A DNA stretch of 28,488 nt from a virus (IMGVR_UViG_3300005662_000162:1-28488); one strand, 5' to 3'; positions 17,851 through 26,528 are shown, numbered from the stretch's first letter. Notes: generated from the letters alone by a model not told the origin. Made by a program: numbers and translations.

Positions 17851-19364
17851 GTACCGTCTCTATAAAATCCTTCCCAGCTACGAATCCAATCTACTCCAGT
17901 CCACTTGAACTGAATGCCTGTGCTGGCGTTTGTTACATAGTTAAGCTCAGTAGTACCGGCCGCTCTAAAACTTACCGTCCAACGATTGTTTACATATTCA
18001 ATGATATCATACTTGTAAGCAACCAAATCTTGTCCTGTTGTGCCTTTCCATGCGTTAGCACCGCTAGTGTTAATCAAGTTACCAACATCTTCTAATAGTA
18101 GATAACGTTGACCGGCCGCTGCCGCTGGAAGTCCGTGTCCCGGGCCTTTTACTAAAGGATTAATCGCATTGTTTACTGCGGATAGTGTGTTACTGGGAAT
18201 AGTATCAGTGTCTACCATAAAAGAAAGTATAGTAGGATCGCTCATATCACGTGCTACTGTACAAACAACTTCGTTGTCTGTTAAGTCTTGACGCAGGAAT
18301 ACCTTAGTCAATCCATCTCTAATCTCACCAAATGCAAACTGTACTTGTTCCCAAGGTGTAGGATCACCGTCTCTGGCTGTAACTGTGCCTTCTAATCCTT
18401 CGTCGATTGCACCTAATGCACTACTGATTAGTTGCATATTGCCATTGATTACAACAATATCGTACGATGCCGAAATCCCGTCATGTCGTTGTGGGTAAAC
18501 CTCTTTAAAAACAACTTCACGTTGATCAGGCGAATTTTCAGTACGTTCAGGCACTTGCTGTACTACCGAAGTCTGCGGAATAGAAGCACCAAACGAATCT
18601 AAGGATTGGCCGTTATCGCCCATTAGATTAAAGTCACTATCAGTGAATCCGGCCTCGATTAAATCTGTACGTAAGCTACCGCTAGCATCGTACAATTCTG
18701 TAATGACATTGGTAATAACACCAAGCTTCTTGACTTTAGCAGGTGTACTTAACCAAATTGGCATCTCAAATGTGAGAGTGGCAACATCTATACTATCGTC
18801 TGTACCAACAGGGACACTTCTGCTACTCCAATTAACATCTTGTAAATCAATATAACTTAGTGAGCCCCAATCTAAGTAATTGTCTGTACTTTGAATTTCA
18901 AAACTAGGGTTAAACAATACTAGCATCTGTTCTAGTAATTCCATCTTTTGATTAGTATTACTACAGTAGATATCTACCTTAACAGTTAAATCATACGGAA
19001 CAGGCATTAGTCTTTCAACAGTAAAGCGGTCTCCAGGTTGATTAGTATAGTTGCCTTCGTCGTCCTTCTTACGCATCTGAACACTGACCTTCTTTACAAA
19101 GTTAGGTTCCTGCATACGTTCACGACTGTACTTTAATCCTGTAATGTAACAAGCAATTTGCGGAACTGTGACTAAAGTGTTAGCACTGTTGTTACGAAGA
19201 ATAGCTGCCGCTTGACGACTTGGGTCTCCATAAGTTGCAGGCACTACTCTAAACACTTCATTGCCATTATCGTCACGACCAAACTTCACAGGGAAGCCAC
19301 TCATAATACGAATAAACTGTGCTAGGAATCTACGGATCTGACCGCTGTAAAAATATTGACTCAT
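17832..19364 (-). CDS. gp15: Tail sheath stabiliser / tail terminator, T4 gp15-like, with long C-terminal extension
   Basis: YFY..QIRRF...F, VP.TYG, MPVPYDL...VDI......Q..ELLEQ.L..FNP, TLTF....WL match the gp15 family pattern; adjacent to the neck genes. Confidence 0.82.
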   Translation of the reverse strand: MSQYFYSGQIRRFLAQFIRIMSGFPVKFGRDDNGNEVFRVVPATYGDPSRQAAAILRNNSANTLVTVPQIACYITGLKYSRERMQEPNFVKKVSVQMRKKDDEGNYTNQPGDRFTVERLMPVPYDLTVKVDIYCSNTNQKMELLEQMLVLFNPSFEIQSTDNYLDWGSLSYIDLQDVNWSSRSVPVGTDDSIDVATLTFEMPIWLSTPAKVKKLGVITNVITELYDASGSLRTDLIEAGFTDSDFNLMGDNGQSLDSFGASIPQTSVVQQVPERTENSPDQREVVFKEVYPQRHDGISASYDIVVINGNMQLISSALGAIDEGLEGTVTARDGDPTPWEQVQFAFGEIRDGLTKVFLRQDLTDNEVVCTVARDMSDPTILSFMVDTDTIPSNTLSAVNNAINPLVKGPGHGLPAAAAGQRYLLLEDVGNLINTSGANAWKGTTGQDLVAYKYDIIEYVNNRWTVSFRAAGTTELNYVTNASTGIQFKWTGVDWIRSWEGFYRDGTWRMVS

Positions 19365-19365
19365 G

Positions 19366-20481
19366 TTAATCTGCCTGCGGTTTCAATAGGTCATTTAAGT
19401 TTTGTCGTTGCTCAACTACATCACCGCTTTCTGCGGTATGTGAAGCAGTGTTGTTAATAAACGTACCTTTAAGTGTTTTTCTATCTGCGTTATTAGTTAA
19501 TGTAACACGTTGTTCATTTTCAAATGCAACCCATTTGGCACCATCCCACTTAAACAAGCGAGCCGGTAAAAAGTCTGTGCGTTTGAAGAAATCACCTTTA
19601 CTAGGATTCATAGGAAAGCTCGTTCCAAAACTCATTGGTGCACCATTTGGTGCAATAGCGTCACCTGTTAGATAACCTTTGGTATATCCGTTGGACCTAG
19701 GCGTGCCATAGGTTACTGTACCGTCACCGTTGTCAACTGCATCAACAGCGCCTTCGGGTGTGGTAGGATTGATCCAGAACATGCTGGTATCGTAACCACT
19801 CTTAGGTACGTCTGCTTCTGCTTGTGCAATAACTGCATCGTTGACATCAATGAGCTTGTTATAATTGCTCAAGTGATTCAATAGGTCTTCTGCATTAGCA
19901 CCTGTACCTAAAATGTCTTTGTATTCTTGACTGTCGATTAGCGGACCGACTTTGGCTCTCCAAACATGCGGGAACCATGTGGGACTAAAACCTTCACTGG
20001 CTCTTGTTGCATCTTGCACAACATAAAAACGTTTTAATGCTTTAGCAACATCGTGCAAAGCAAACGGATCCTTTAAGTTAGGGAATTCTAGCACATCACC
20101 GTTCATTAACGGGCGTCCCATGCGCTCAACCATGTCATTAATATGAAAGTTAACAAAAATGGTATCATTGCTCAAAAACAGTCCAAACTGGCTCAAGTCA
20201 AAGTCTACGTCATTTTGGTTGTAAATACCCCTGATCTCATAAAGGTCTTTGCTGTACTTTCTGTCACGATTCTCTAATAATAGTAAATCTTGGATAGCAG
20301 TAGGGCTAGCGGGACCAGTGGGTTGAGCAGGGCCTGTGCTGTCAGCTGGATCAGTTTCAGAACCCAAATATTTGTGGATAATAATCCCAATTCCGCCCAC
20401 ATAAAAGTACTCACGACATTGGCGGTCGTGCCAATAGTAATCTTTACTGTATTCTGGGCGCCAAAGGCTTAAACGTGGCAT
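19366..20481 (-). CDS. gp14: Neck protein / head closure, T4 gp14-like
   Basis: DLLLLEN.DRKY, LSQFGLFL.ND.IF..FH, RP..GDVLEFP motifs; precedes gp15-like gene with 1-nt gap; SD GGAG upstream. Confidence 0.7.
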   Translation of the reverse strand: MPRLSLWRPEYSKDYYWHDRQCREYFYVGGIGIIIHKYLGSETDPADSTGPAQPTGPASPTAIQDLLLLENRDRKYSKDLYEIRGIYNQNDVDFDLSQFGLFLSNDTIFVNFHINDMVERMGRPLMNGDVLEFPNLKDPFALHDVAKALKRFYVVQDATRASEGFSPTWFPHVWRAKVGPLIDSQEYKDILGTGANAEDLLNHLSNYNKLIDVNDAVIAQAEADVPKSGYDTSMFWINPTTPEGAVDAVDNGDGTVTYGTPRSNGYTKGYLTGDAIAPNGAPMSFGTSFPMNPSKGDFFKRTDFLPARLFKWDGAKWVAFENEQRVTLTNNADRKTLKGTFINNTASHTAESGDVVEQRQNLNDLLKPQAD

Positions 20482-20499
20482 AAGGGATCTCCGATGTAG

Positions 20500-20505
20500 T
20501 ATTTA
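20500..20505 (-). promoter_or_regulatory. T4-like late promoter core (aaTAAATAc) for the gp14-gp15-NUDIX operon
   Basis: TATTTA on + is TAAATA on -, 18 nt before the gp14 ATG. Confidence 0.78.
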
Positions 20506-20509
20506 TTGG

Positions 20510-20538
20510 TTGACACGGTCGGCCAAAGAGTATATAAT
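20510..20538 (+). promoter_or_regulatory. Perfect consensus sigma70 (early) promoter
   Basis: TTGACA (20510-20515), 17-nt spacer, TATAAT (20533-20538). Confidence 0.92.
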
Positions 20539-20568
20539 AAGCACATACAAACAAATTTGGAGGTTTTA

Positions 20569-21804
20569 ATGGCACGAGCACAGACAGCCCAAAAACGCAC
20601 TACTACAGCTATCAAACTGACACCTATTAAACTTTCGGCATTGGATTTGAAATATACCTCACTTGAGCCTACCTGGGCAGAGGATTTTGAATTTGAAGAG
20701 CCGGGACCTAAGTCCAAGAACACTTATGTAAGTGAAATGACACGTGGACTTAATTGGCTCAACTATGCTTGTTCCGGATCCGAGTTTCGTGGGTTCTTCG
20801 AGGACTACATTAAGATCAAGCGGCCCGACACTATCAAAGAAGACATGGCCTTGCTTAAGAAGGTACCTGACAAACACATTGTTGGTACAACGGCACGTAT
20901 GGCTCGAATGGCTGTGCAAGGATTTAAATTTAACGAAGAGCATTCTGCTAAAATTTGGCAAGCTATAGTTGATGCATTTGAATCTAGCAAAGGTGAACAT
21001 GCGGCCAATGAAGCCAAGGCAGCGGCCAAAGAAGCGGCTAAAGTTAATGCCGTGCCACAGCCTACTATCCAAGAGCGTATTTTGAATCAAGTACGTGACT
21101 ATGTCGGTGAGTATGTTGACCCTGCCATTGATGAGATTGTGCTATCAGGTGAAACTAAGATCCGTGCCGGTCTGGCCGGACAGGGTTTTGGCGAGCCACA
21201 CCTGAAGAAAATTATTGAACTTGTTACACCTGAATTCAATGAGTTCAAAGAAGCATTGCTAGTTAAACAAGATAAAACACTTAAAGATGATAACAGTGAG
21301 CAACTCAGGGAAGGCTACAGCAATCTCAGTATCAAAACACTAAAAGCACTAATTGCATATCTAGACGATATTTGCAGTACTGCACAACGTTTGATGGCTG
21401 AGAAAAAAGCCGGACGAGTTCGTAAGAAGAAACCAGTTGACAAGCACAAGGCTGTTGCTAAGTTCAAGCATCTTATGGAATTCCCAGAGCTTAAACTTAA
21501 AGGCATGAATCCAGTTGATTGTCTAACTGTAACTGATGTTTGGGTATACAATACCAAGACTAAGAAACTAGGGGTGTATCGTGGACAGTACACTGGCTGT
21601 TTGGGCATTAAAGGCAATAGCTGGGTAGGCTTTGGTGAAACCAGTAGCGTACAAAAGACACTACGTAAGCCAGCCACTCAATTGGCAGAGTTTCAAACAC
21701 TGGGCAAGAACCAGCTAAAGAAATGGTTTGAAGGCATTAAGAGCGTGGAGCATCGTCTAAACGGACGTGGTAACGAATTCACTGTTATCATGCGAAGTGT
21801 CTAA
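20569..21804 (+). CDS. Hypothetical protein (411 aa) with Lys-rich basic C-terminal domain, probably early-expressed
   Basis: Start reassigned to ATG 20569 (SD GGAGGT 20559-20564, downstream of the sigma70 promoter). C-terminal WVYNTKTKKLG...QKTLRKP...LNGR. No function recognised. Confidence 0.85.
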   Translation: MARAQTAQKRTTTAIKLTPIKLSALDLKYTSLEPTWAEDFEFEEPGPKSKNTYVSEMTRGLNWLNYACSGSEFRGFFEDYIKIKRPDTIKEDMALLKKVPDKHIVGTTARMARMAVQGFKFNEEHSAKIWQAIVDAFESSKGEHAANEAKAAAKEAAKVNAVPQPTIQERILNQVRDYVGEYVDPAIDEIVLSGETKIRAGLAGQGFGEPHLKKIIELVTPEFNEFKEALLVKQDKTLKDDNSEQLREGYSNLSIKTLKALIAYLDDICSTAQRLMAEKKAGRVRKKKPVDKHKAVAKFKHLMEFPELKLKGMNPVDCLTVTDVWVYNTKTKKLGVYRGQYTGCLGIKGNSWVGFGETSSVQKTLRKPATQLAEFQTLGKNQLKKWFEGIKSVEHRLNGRGNEFTVIMRSV

Positions 21805-21810
21805 ATCAGG

Positions 21811-21816
21811 TAAATA
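21811..21816 (+). promoter_or_regulatory. T4-like late promoter core (TAAATAc)
   Basis: In a 30-nt intergenic gap, 18 nt before ATG 21835; SD TAGGA 21824-21828. Confidence 0.75.
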
Positions 21817-21834
21817 CCGTAGTTAGGAACAGCT

Positions 21835-22575
21835 ATGGCAGACCCAAGACAAGAAGTATACGATTATATCCGCCTGCGCCTCGGCGATGGAATGGTAGAT
21901 GTTGAACTAGATCCGGAGCACTATAAAAGTGCTTTGGATACAGCCATCGACGTCTATCGTCAACGTGGGGCAAACAGCACTGAAGAAAGTTATGCGTTTT
22001 TACAGATGATTCCGGAAACTATGGAGTACGAGTTACCTGAAGAAATCGTCACTGTTAAAAATATCTATAGACGTGGTGTGGGTACACAGACTGCTGGCAG
22101 TACATACTTTGATCCATTCGCCGCCGCCTACGTTAACACATACCTAGTTAATTCAGGTCGCTTAGGTGGCTTGTTAACTTATGAATTGTTTGCACAATAC
22201 CAAGAACTAAGCATGAAGATGTTCGGCGGCTACATTGTGTACCACTTTGATAGTAGTACACGTATCCTACGTATTCCTAGAAAATTCCAATCCAACGAAA
22301 TTGTGGCACTTCATGTTCATAACTACAAACCTGATATTACATTGTTAGGCGACATTTATATCAAGCCTTGGTTAAAAGGTTATGCACTAGCTGAAGCTAA
22401 GATGATGCTAGGACAAGCCCGTGAAAAGTTTGGCAACATTGCAGGACCGCAAGGCGGCACAAGTTTAAATGGTGCTAGCTTAAAGAGTGAAGCACAGGCT
22501 GAAAAAGAATCATTGCTCGATGACTTGAAGAACTTCCAAGACAATAGTATGCCGATGTCTTGGGTAATCGGTTAA
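21835..22575 (+). CDS. gp13: Neck protein / head-tail adaptor, T4 gp13-like
   Basis: YI..RLG...VDVEL, WLK.YALA..K..LG..R.KF.....P.GG..LNG..L..EA..E...L motifs. Confidence 0.85.
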   Translation: MADPRQEVYDYIRLRLGDGMVDVELDPEHYKSALDTAIDVYRQRGANSTEESYAFLQMIPETMEYELPEEIVTVKNIYRRGVGTQTAGSTYFDPFAAAYVNTYLVNSGRLGGLLTYELFAQYQELSMKMFGGYIVYHFDSSTRILRIPRKFQSNEIVALHVHNYKPDITLLGDIYIKPWLKGYALAEAKMMLGQAREKFGNIAGPQGGTSLNGASLKSEAQAEKESLLDDLKNFQDNSMPMSWVIG

Positions 22576-22588
22576 GCAAAAATAAAAC

Positions 22589-22617
22589 TTGACACACGCC
22601 TAACTTTCTACTAAAAT
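22589..22617 (+). promoter_or_regulatory. Sigma70-type promoter
   Basis: TTGACA (22589-22594), 17-nt spacer, TAAAAT (22612-22617); A-rich UP-like tract at 22578-22587. Confidence 0.85.
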
Positions 22618-22623
22618 ACTAGT

Positions 22624-23250
22624 ATGAAAAAGATTATCGGCCTGTGTGGTTTCATCGGCAGCGGCAAAGGCACCGTTGCTAATATCCTAGTTGACGAATA
22701 TAACTTTGTCGAAGATAGCTTTGCCGCTACACTTAAAGATGCAGTAGCCGCAGTGTTCGGTTGGCCAAGAGCAATGCTTGAAGGTAACACTGACGAAAGC
22801 AGAGCATGGCGTGAACAGCTCGATCCGTGGTGGACAGAACGACTAGGTAAACCCATTACGCCTCGATGGGTACTTCAGCAATGGGGTACAGAAGTATGTC
22901 GTAGAAGTTTTCATGACGATATTTGGATTCTTAGCTTAGAGCGTAAACTTGCCACTAGTGACAATAATGTTGTAATTGCCGATTGTAGATTTCCCAACGA
23001 AGTAGCAATGATTAAACGACTCGGTGGCGAAGTATGGCGTGTCAAACGTGGTCCGGAACCAGGCTGGTATGAACATGCAATTACCTATAACAAAGGCGAA
23101 ACTAATATAGGTTGGGCAATGGCCAAGCACCACTTGTCGACAGAAAATGTACATGCTAGTGAATACAGTTGGGTAGGCACAGACTTTGATCGTATCATTA
23201 CTAACGAATCCACTATCGAAGACCTGCGTAGTGCAATCAGTGTTCGCTAA
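22624..23250 (+). CDS. gp1: Deoxynucleoside monophosphate kinase (T4 gp1-like)
   Basis: IIGLCGFIGSGKGT P-loop, SFA..LK, TPR.VLQ.WGTE..R, VVI.DCRFPNE, H.SE motifs. Confidence 0.92.
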   Translation: MKKIIGLCGFIGSGKGTVANILVDEYNFVEDSFAATLKDAVAAVFGWPRAMLEGNTDESRAWREQLDPWWTERLGKPITPRWVLQQWGTEVCRRSFHDDIWILSLERKLATSDNNVVIADCRFPNEVAMIKRLGGEVWRVKRGPEPGWYEHAITYNKGETNIGWAMAKHHLSTENVHASEYSWVGTDFDRIITNESTIEDLRSAISVR

Positions 23251-23269
23251 AAAACCCTAAAAAACCCTA
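23247..23269 (+). repeat. Short tandem repeat (CTAAAAAACC)x2.3, flanked by two copies of TTCGCTAAA
   Basis: CTAAAAAACC at 23247-23256 and 23257-23266 plus CTA; TTCGCTAAA at 23243-23251 and 23271-23279. Confidence 0.85.
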
Positions 23270-23337
23270 TTTCGCTAAATATTCAAGAGCAGAGCACTTT
23301 GCTCTAGAATATTAACCTAAAGGACATAGCGAAATGG
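23267..23337 (+). promoter_or_regulatory. Predicted RNA structure sequestering the tail sheath start codon
   Basis: CTATTTCGCTA (23267-23277) pairs with TAGCGAAATGG (23327-23337, contains the ATG; 11 bp, 1 G-U). Inner stem AATATTC-a-AGAGCA / TGCTCT-a-GAATATT spans 23278-23313. Confidence 0.7.
23276..23281 (+). promoter_or_regulatory. T4-like late promoter core (TAAATA) for tail sheath
   Basis: Intergenic, 52 nt before ATG 23334; SD AAGGA 23320-23324. Confidence 0.78.
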
Positions 23338-26300
23338 CACTAACATCGCCCGGCGTACAAATCAATGTTATTGACGAAAGTCAATATCTACCAGCAGCCG
23401 CAGGCCCTCGCCCACTTATCATTGTTGCATCAGCACAAGATAAAGTTGACGGAGCAGGCACCGGCACAGCATCTGGCACACTAAAAGCCAATGCAGAGAA
23501 AGTTCAGCTAGTAACTAGCCAGCGTGAACTTGTAAACTTATTTGGCGTACCAAAGTTCTACACAGACAACAGTGGTACAGCATTACAGGGTTACGAACTA
23601 AACGAATACGGTCTATTGGCAGCTTATAGCTTCCTAGGCGTAGCAAGTTCAGCATACGTTATCCGTGCAGACTTAGACCTAAATGAATTAACAGGCAGCG
23701 GCACAGCCCCAACTGGCGCCTTAGCTACTGGTTCTTATTGGTTAGACACAGCTTCAACAAGCTGGGGTATCTTAGAGTGGAACGAAGCTAATCAGGCCTT
23801 CCGTTCAATTGCTCCTAAGATTATCGACGATGAAAACAACATCGATGCAGGCGCACCAAAGAGCAGTTTCGGTATCATCGGTAACTATGCAATCACAGCA
23901 ACTACAACAACATTGAAGTGCTGGTACAAAAATGCAGACAACGCATGGGTACAACTAGGTTCCAACGATTGGAAGCAAAGCTGGGCAACAGTAACTACAT
24001 CAGCAGTTAGTGGTACACTAACAACTGGTAGCTTTATTATCAATGGCCAGACAATTACAGTTGGCGCTGGTGCAACAATCAGCACACTAGCTTCAAGCAT
24101 TAATGCTAACGTTACACTATCTGCTAACATGACAGCCAGTGTTACAAACAATGCATTAAGCCTAGTCAGCACAGTTGACGTAGCAATCGGTTCTGGTTCG
24201 ACAGACGGTCTAGTTGCACAACTAGGCTTAACAGAAAAAACTTACTATGCACCTAAGCTACACCAAGCCAAGCACACAGTAAGCCCAGGCTTTAAGACAG
24301 GTAGCGACGAGCCTCGTCCTACAGGTTCTGTATGGTTCAAGACATCTACTCCGAACAGCGGCTTCAACTTAAAAGTTAAGAAGATCAACAGTGCTGAAGA
24401 ATGGAAAGAAATTGCTTGTGCAGCCTATGACGACAACGCATCAGCAGTTGCCGCACTAGCCAGCGATGGTGAAGACCCAAGTACTATTGCTATTGGCACA
24501 CTATTCTTCCAATACAATGCGGCTGGTGACAACACATGGCAAGCTACAGTTTATGAATTCATGGGCGATGTTCCACTACAACTAGATGGTACAGTTTCTA
24601 ACCCAACGTTCACAAACGGTGAACAGTTTGACATTTACCTACCACAAACAAACACAACTTACACAGCTACACTAGGTGGTACAAATGCTGATGCATTCAT
24701 GGCAGCTTTCAGTGCCGCAGGTGTTCCAAACATGGAAGCAGGCGAAAACACAGATGGTACAATTTTTGTACGTCACTTACTAGGTGGCGACTTTGAACTA
24801 TCTGACAGCGAATACGAAAGTACTGTACTAAACGATGCAGGTTTAGCTACTTCATTAATCACTAACTGGTCAGAACTAGCTTACACACCATCAGCTAGCG
24901 AGCCACGTGCTAACCCAGCAGACGGCCGCTTATGGTATAACACTATTGTTGACGAAGTTGACATCATGGTACATGATGGTGAAGCTTGGACAGGTTATCG
25001 TAACTACTACCCAAACACCGACCCAGCAGGTCCGATTGTTGGTGCTAGCGAGCCAGAAACACAAAGCGATGGAACAGCACTAGTAGCTAACGACCTATGG
25101 TTAGACACAAGCGACATCGAAAACTATCCTTTAATCAAGCGTTATACAGCTAATGGTTCTTGGGTAACTGTTGATAACACAGACCAAACATCTGAAGATG
25201 GTATCTTATTTGCAGATGCACGTGATGCAGACGTAAACGGTTCCGGCGAAGAAGTTAGCAACGCTATTGTTGACATGTTAAACAGCGATTATGTTGATCC
25301 AGATGCTCCAGATCCAGCACTATATCCTAAGGAAATTTTGCTATTCAATCTACGTCGCAGTGGATACAACGTTAAAGAATACAAGGTAAACCACCTATCA
25401 GCGGCTAGCTATCCACAGGGCAACCCATGGACAGACGGCGACTTACCAGTTAGCCCAAATCGTTGGGTTAGCAAAGTTGGCGTAGATACAACTGGTGCTC
25501 CTTATATGGGTCGCAAGTCAGTACGTCGTACTATTGTTGTTGCAATGCAAGGCATGGTTAATAGCAGTGACTTACTACGTCAAGAGCAAAACGATTTCGA
25601 TATCGTTGCTTGCCCAAGCTACATTGAACTATTAGACGAAATGGTTGTTCTAAACACAGATCGTAAGAATACAGCGTTTATTCTTGTTGATCCTCCATTC
25701 CGTTTAGCACCAAGTGCAAGTTCATTAAAAGCATGGATGACAAACAGCAACCTAGCACCTACAAATAGTGAGCAAGGTCTAGCAACTCTAAATGAGTATG
25801 CCGCAGTTTACTATCCAAATGCTTTTGCTAGCGAACTAACAGGCCTAGATGTGGCAGTTCCTGCAAGTCACGTAATGCTACGTACTATTGCATTGAACGA
25901 CCAGGTTGCTTATCCTTGGTTTGCTCCAGCTGGCTTACGTCGTGGTGTTGTTAACAACGCTACTAGCGTAGGTTACATCAAGGACGGCGAGTTTGTTCCT
26001 GTACCACTAGGCCAGGGCGTTCGTGACATTATGTACGAAAACCGCTTAAACCCAATCGTTATCCAGCCAACAGGCGGTGTTGTAGTATTCGGTCAGAAGA
26101 CATTGAACATTACATCCAGCGCAATGGATCGTGTAAACGTTGCTCGACTAGTTGTTTATATTCGTCGTCAACTAGATCGTTTAGTCAAGCCATACTTGTT
26201 TGAACCTAACGATCAACAAACACGTAACGAAGTTAAGAAGCAGGTAGAAAGCTTCTTTAGCGAGTTAGTTAGCTTACGAGGCTTATACGACTTCTTAGTT

Positions 26301-26441
26301 GTTTGCGATGACAGCAACAACACACCAGAGCGTATCGATCGTAATGAATTGTATGTAGATATTGCAATCAAGCCAGTCAAGGCAATTGAATTCATCTATA
26401 TCCCAATTCGTATTAAGAACACAGGCGAATCACTAGCTTAA
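23334..26441 (+). CDS. gp18: Contractile tail sheath protein (T4 gp18-like, enlarged, 1035 aa)
   Basis: N-terminal L.SPGV...VIDES; C-terminal PWFAPAG.RRG, NPI....G.VVFGQKT, DRVNV.RL, FEPND, VVCD.SNNTP..ID.N.L.VDI.IKP.K.IEFI. Confidence 0.96.
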   Translation: MALTSPGVQINVIDESQYLPAAAGPRPLIIVASAQDKVDGAGTGTASGTLKANAEKVQLVTSQRELVNLFGVPKFYTDNSGTALQGYELNEYGLLAAYSFLGVASSAYVIRADLDLNELTGSGTAPTGALATGSYWLDTASTSWGILEWNEANQAFRSIAPKIIDDENNIDAGAPKSSFGIIGNYAITATTTTLKCWYKNADNAWVQLGSNDWKQSWATVTTSAVSGTLTTGSFIINGQTITVGAGATISTLASSINANVTLSANMTASVTNNALSLVSTVDVAIGSGSTDGLVAQLGLTEKTYYAPKLHQAKHTVSPGFKTGSDEPRPTGSVWFKTSTPNSGFNLKVKKINSAEEWKEIACAAYDDNASAVAALASDGEDPSTIAIGTLFFQYNAAGDNTWQATVYEFMGDVPLQLDGTVSNPTFTNGEQFDIYLPQTNTTYTATLGGTNADAFMAAFSAAGVPNMEAGENTDGTIFVRHLLGGDFELSDSEYESTVLNDAGLATSLITNWSELAYTPSASEPRANPADGRLWYNTIVDEVDIMVHDGEAWTGYRNYYPNTDPAGPIVGASEPETQSDGTALVANDLWLDTSDIENYPLIKRYTANGSWVTVDNTDQTSEDGILFADARDADVNGSGEEVSNAIVDMLNSDYVDPDAPDPALYPKEILLFNLRRSGYNVKEYKVNHLSAASYPQGNPWTDGDLPVSPNRWVSKVGVDTTGAPYMGRKSVRRTIVVAMQGMVNSSDLLRQEQNDFDIVACPSYIELLDEMVVLNTDRKNTAFILVDPPFRLAPSASSLKAWMTNSNLAPTNSEQGLATLNEYAAVYYPNAFASELTGLDVAVPASHVMLRTIALNDQVAYPWFAPAGLRRGVVNNATSVGYIKDGEFVPVPLGQGVRDIMYENRLNPIVIQPTGGVVVFGQKTLNITSSAMDRVNVARLVVYIRRQLDRLVKPYLFEPNDQQTRNEVKKQVESFFSELVSLRGLYDFLVVCDDSNNTPERIDRNELYVDIAIKPVKAIEFIYIPIRIKNTGESLA

Positions 26442-26476
26442 ATTAATTGGGGGGTCTAAACCACCCCCCAGTTAAT
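26442..26476 (+). terminator. 14-bp stem-loop between sheath and tube genes (terminator or stabiliser)
   Basis: ATTAATTGGGGGGT-ctaaacc-ACCCCCCAGTTAAT (1 G-U); no clear U-tract. Confidence 0.6.
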
Positions 26477-26491
26477 AATTAAGACTGATAC

Positions 26492-26497
26492 TAAATA
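26492..26497 (+). promoter_or_regulatory. T4-like late promoter core (TAAATA) for tail tube
   Basis: Intergenic, 31 nt before ATG 26529; SD GGAG 26519-26522. Confidence 0.75.
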
Positions 26498-26528
26498 TGA
26501 ATGTAATAACCCAAATGGGGAGAGATAG

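Noticed and set aside
17419-20505. Minus-strand block as a recombinase-driven invertible segment
   Set aside because: No flanking inverted repeats or invertase seen; the block has its own promoter and overlaps its neighbour, consistent with a fixed arrangement.
20506-20568. ORF-track start at TTG 20506 (and similarly TTG 14985)
   Set aside because: These starts overlap or abut the promoter elements; ATG 20569 and ATG 15006 have SD sequences downstream of the promoters.
18643-23154. Short alternative-frame or antisense ORFs within the neck, hypothetical and kinase genes
   Set aside because: Fully nested in well-supported genes, with no recognisable motifs or expression signals.
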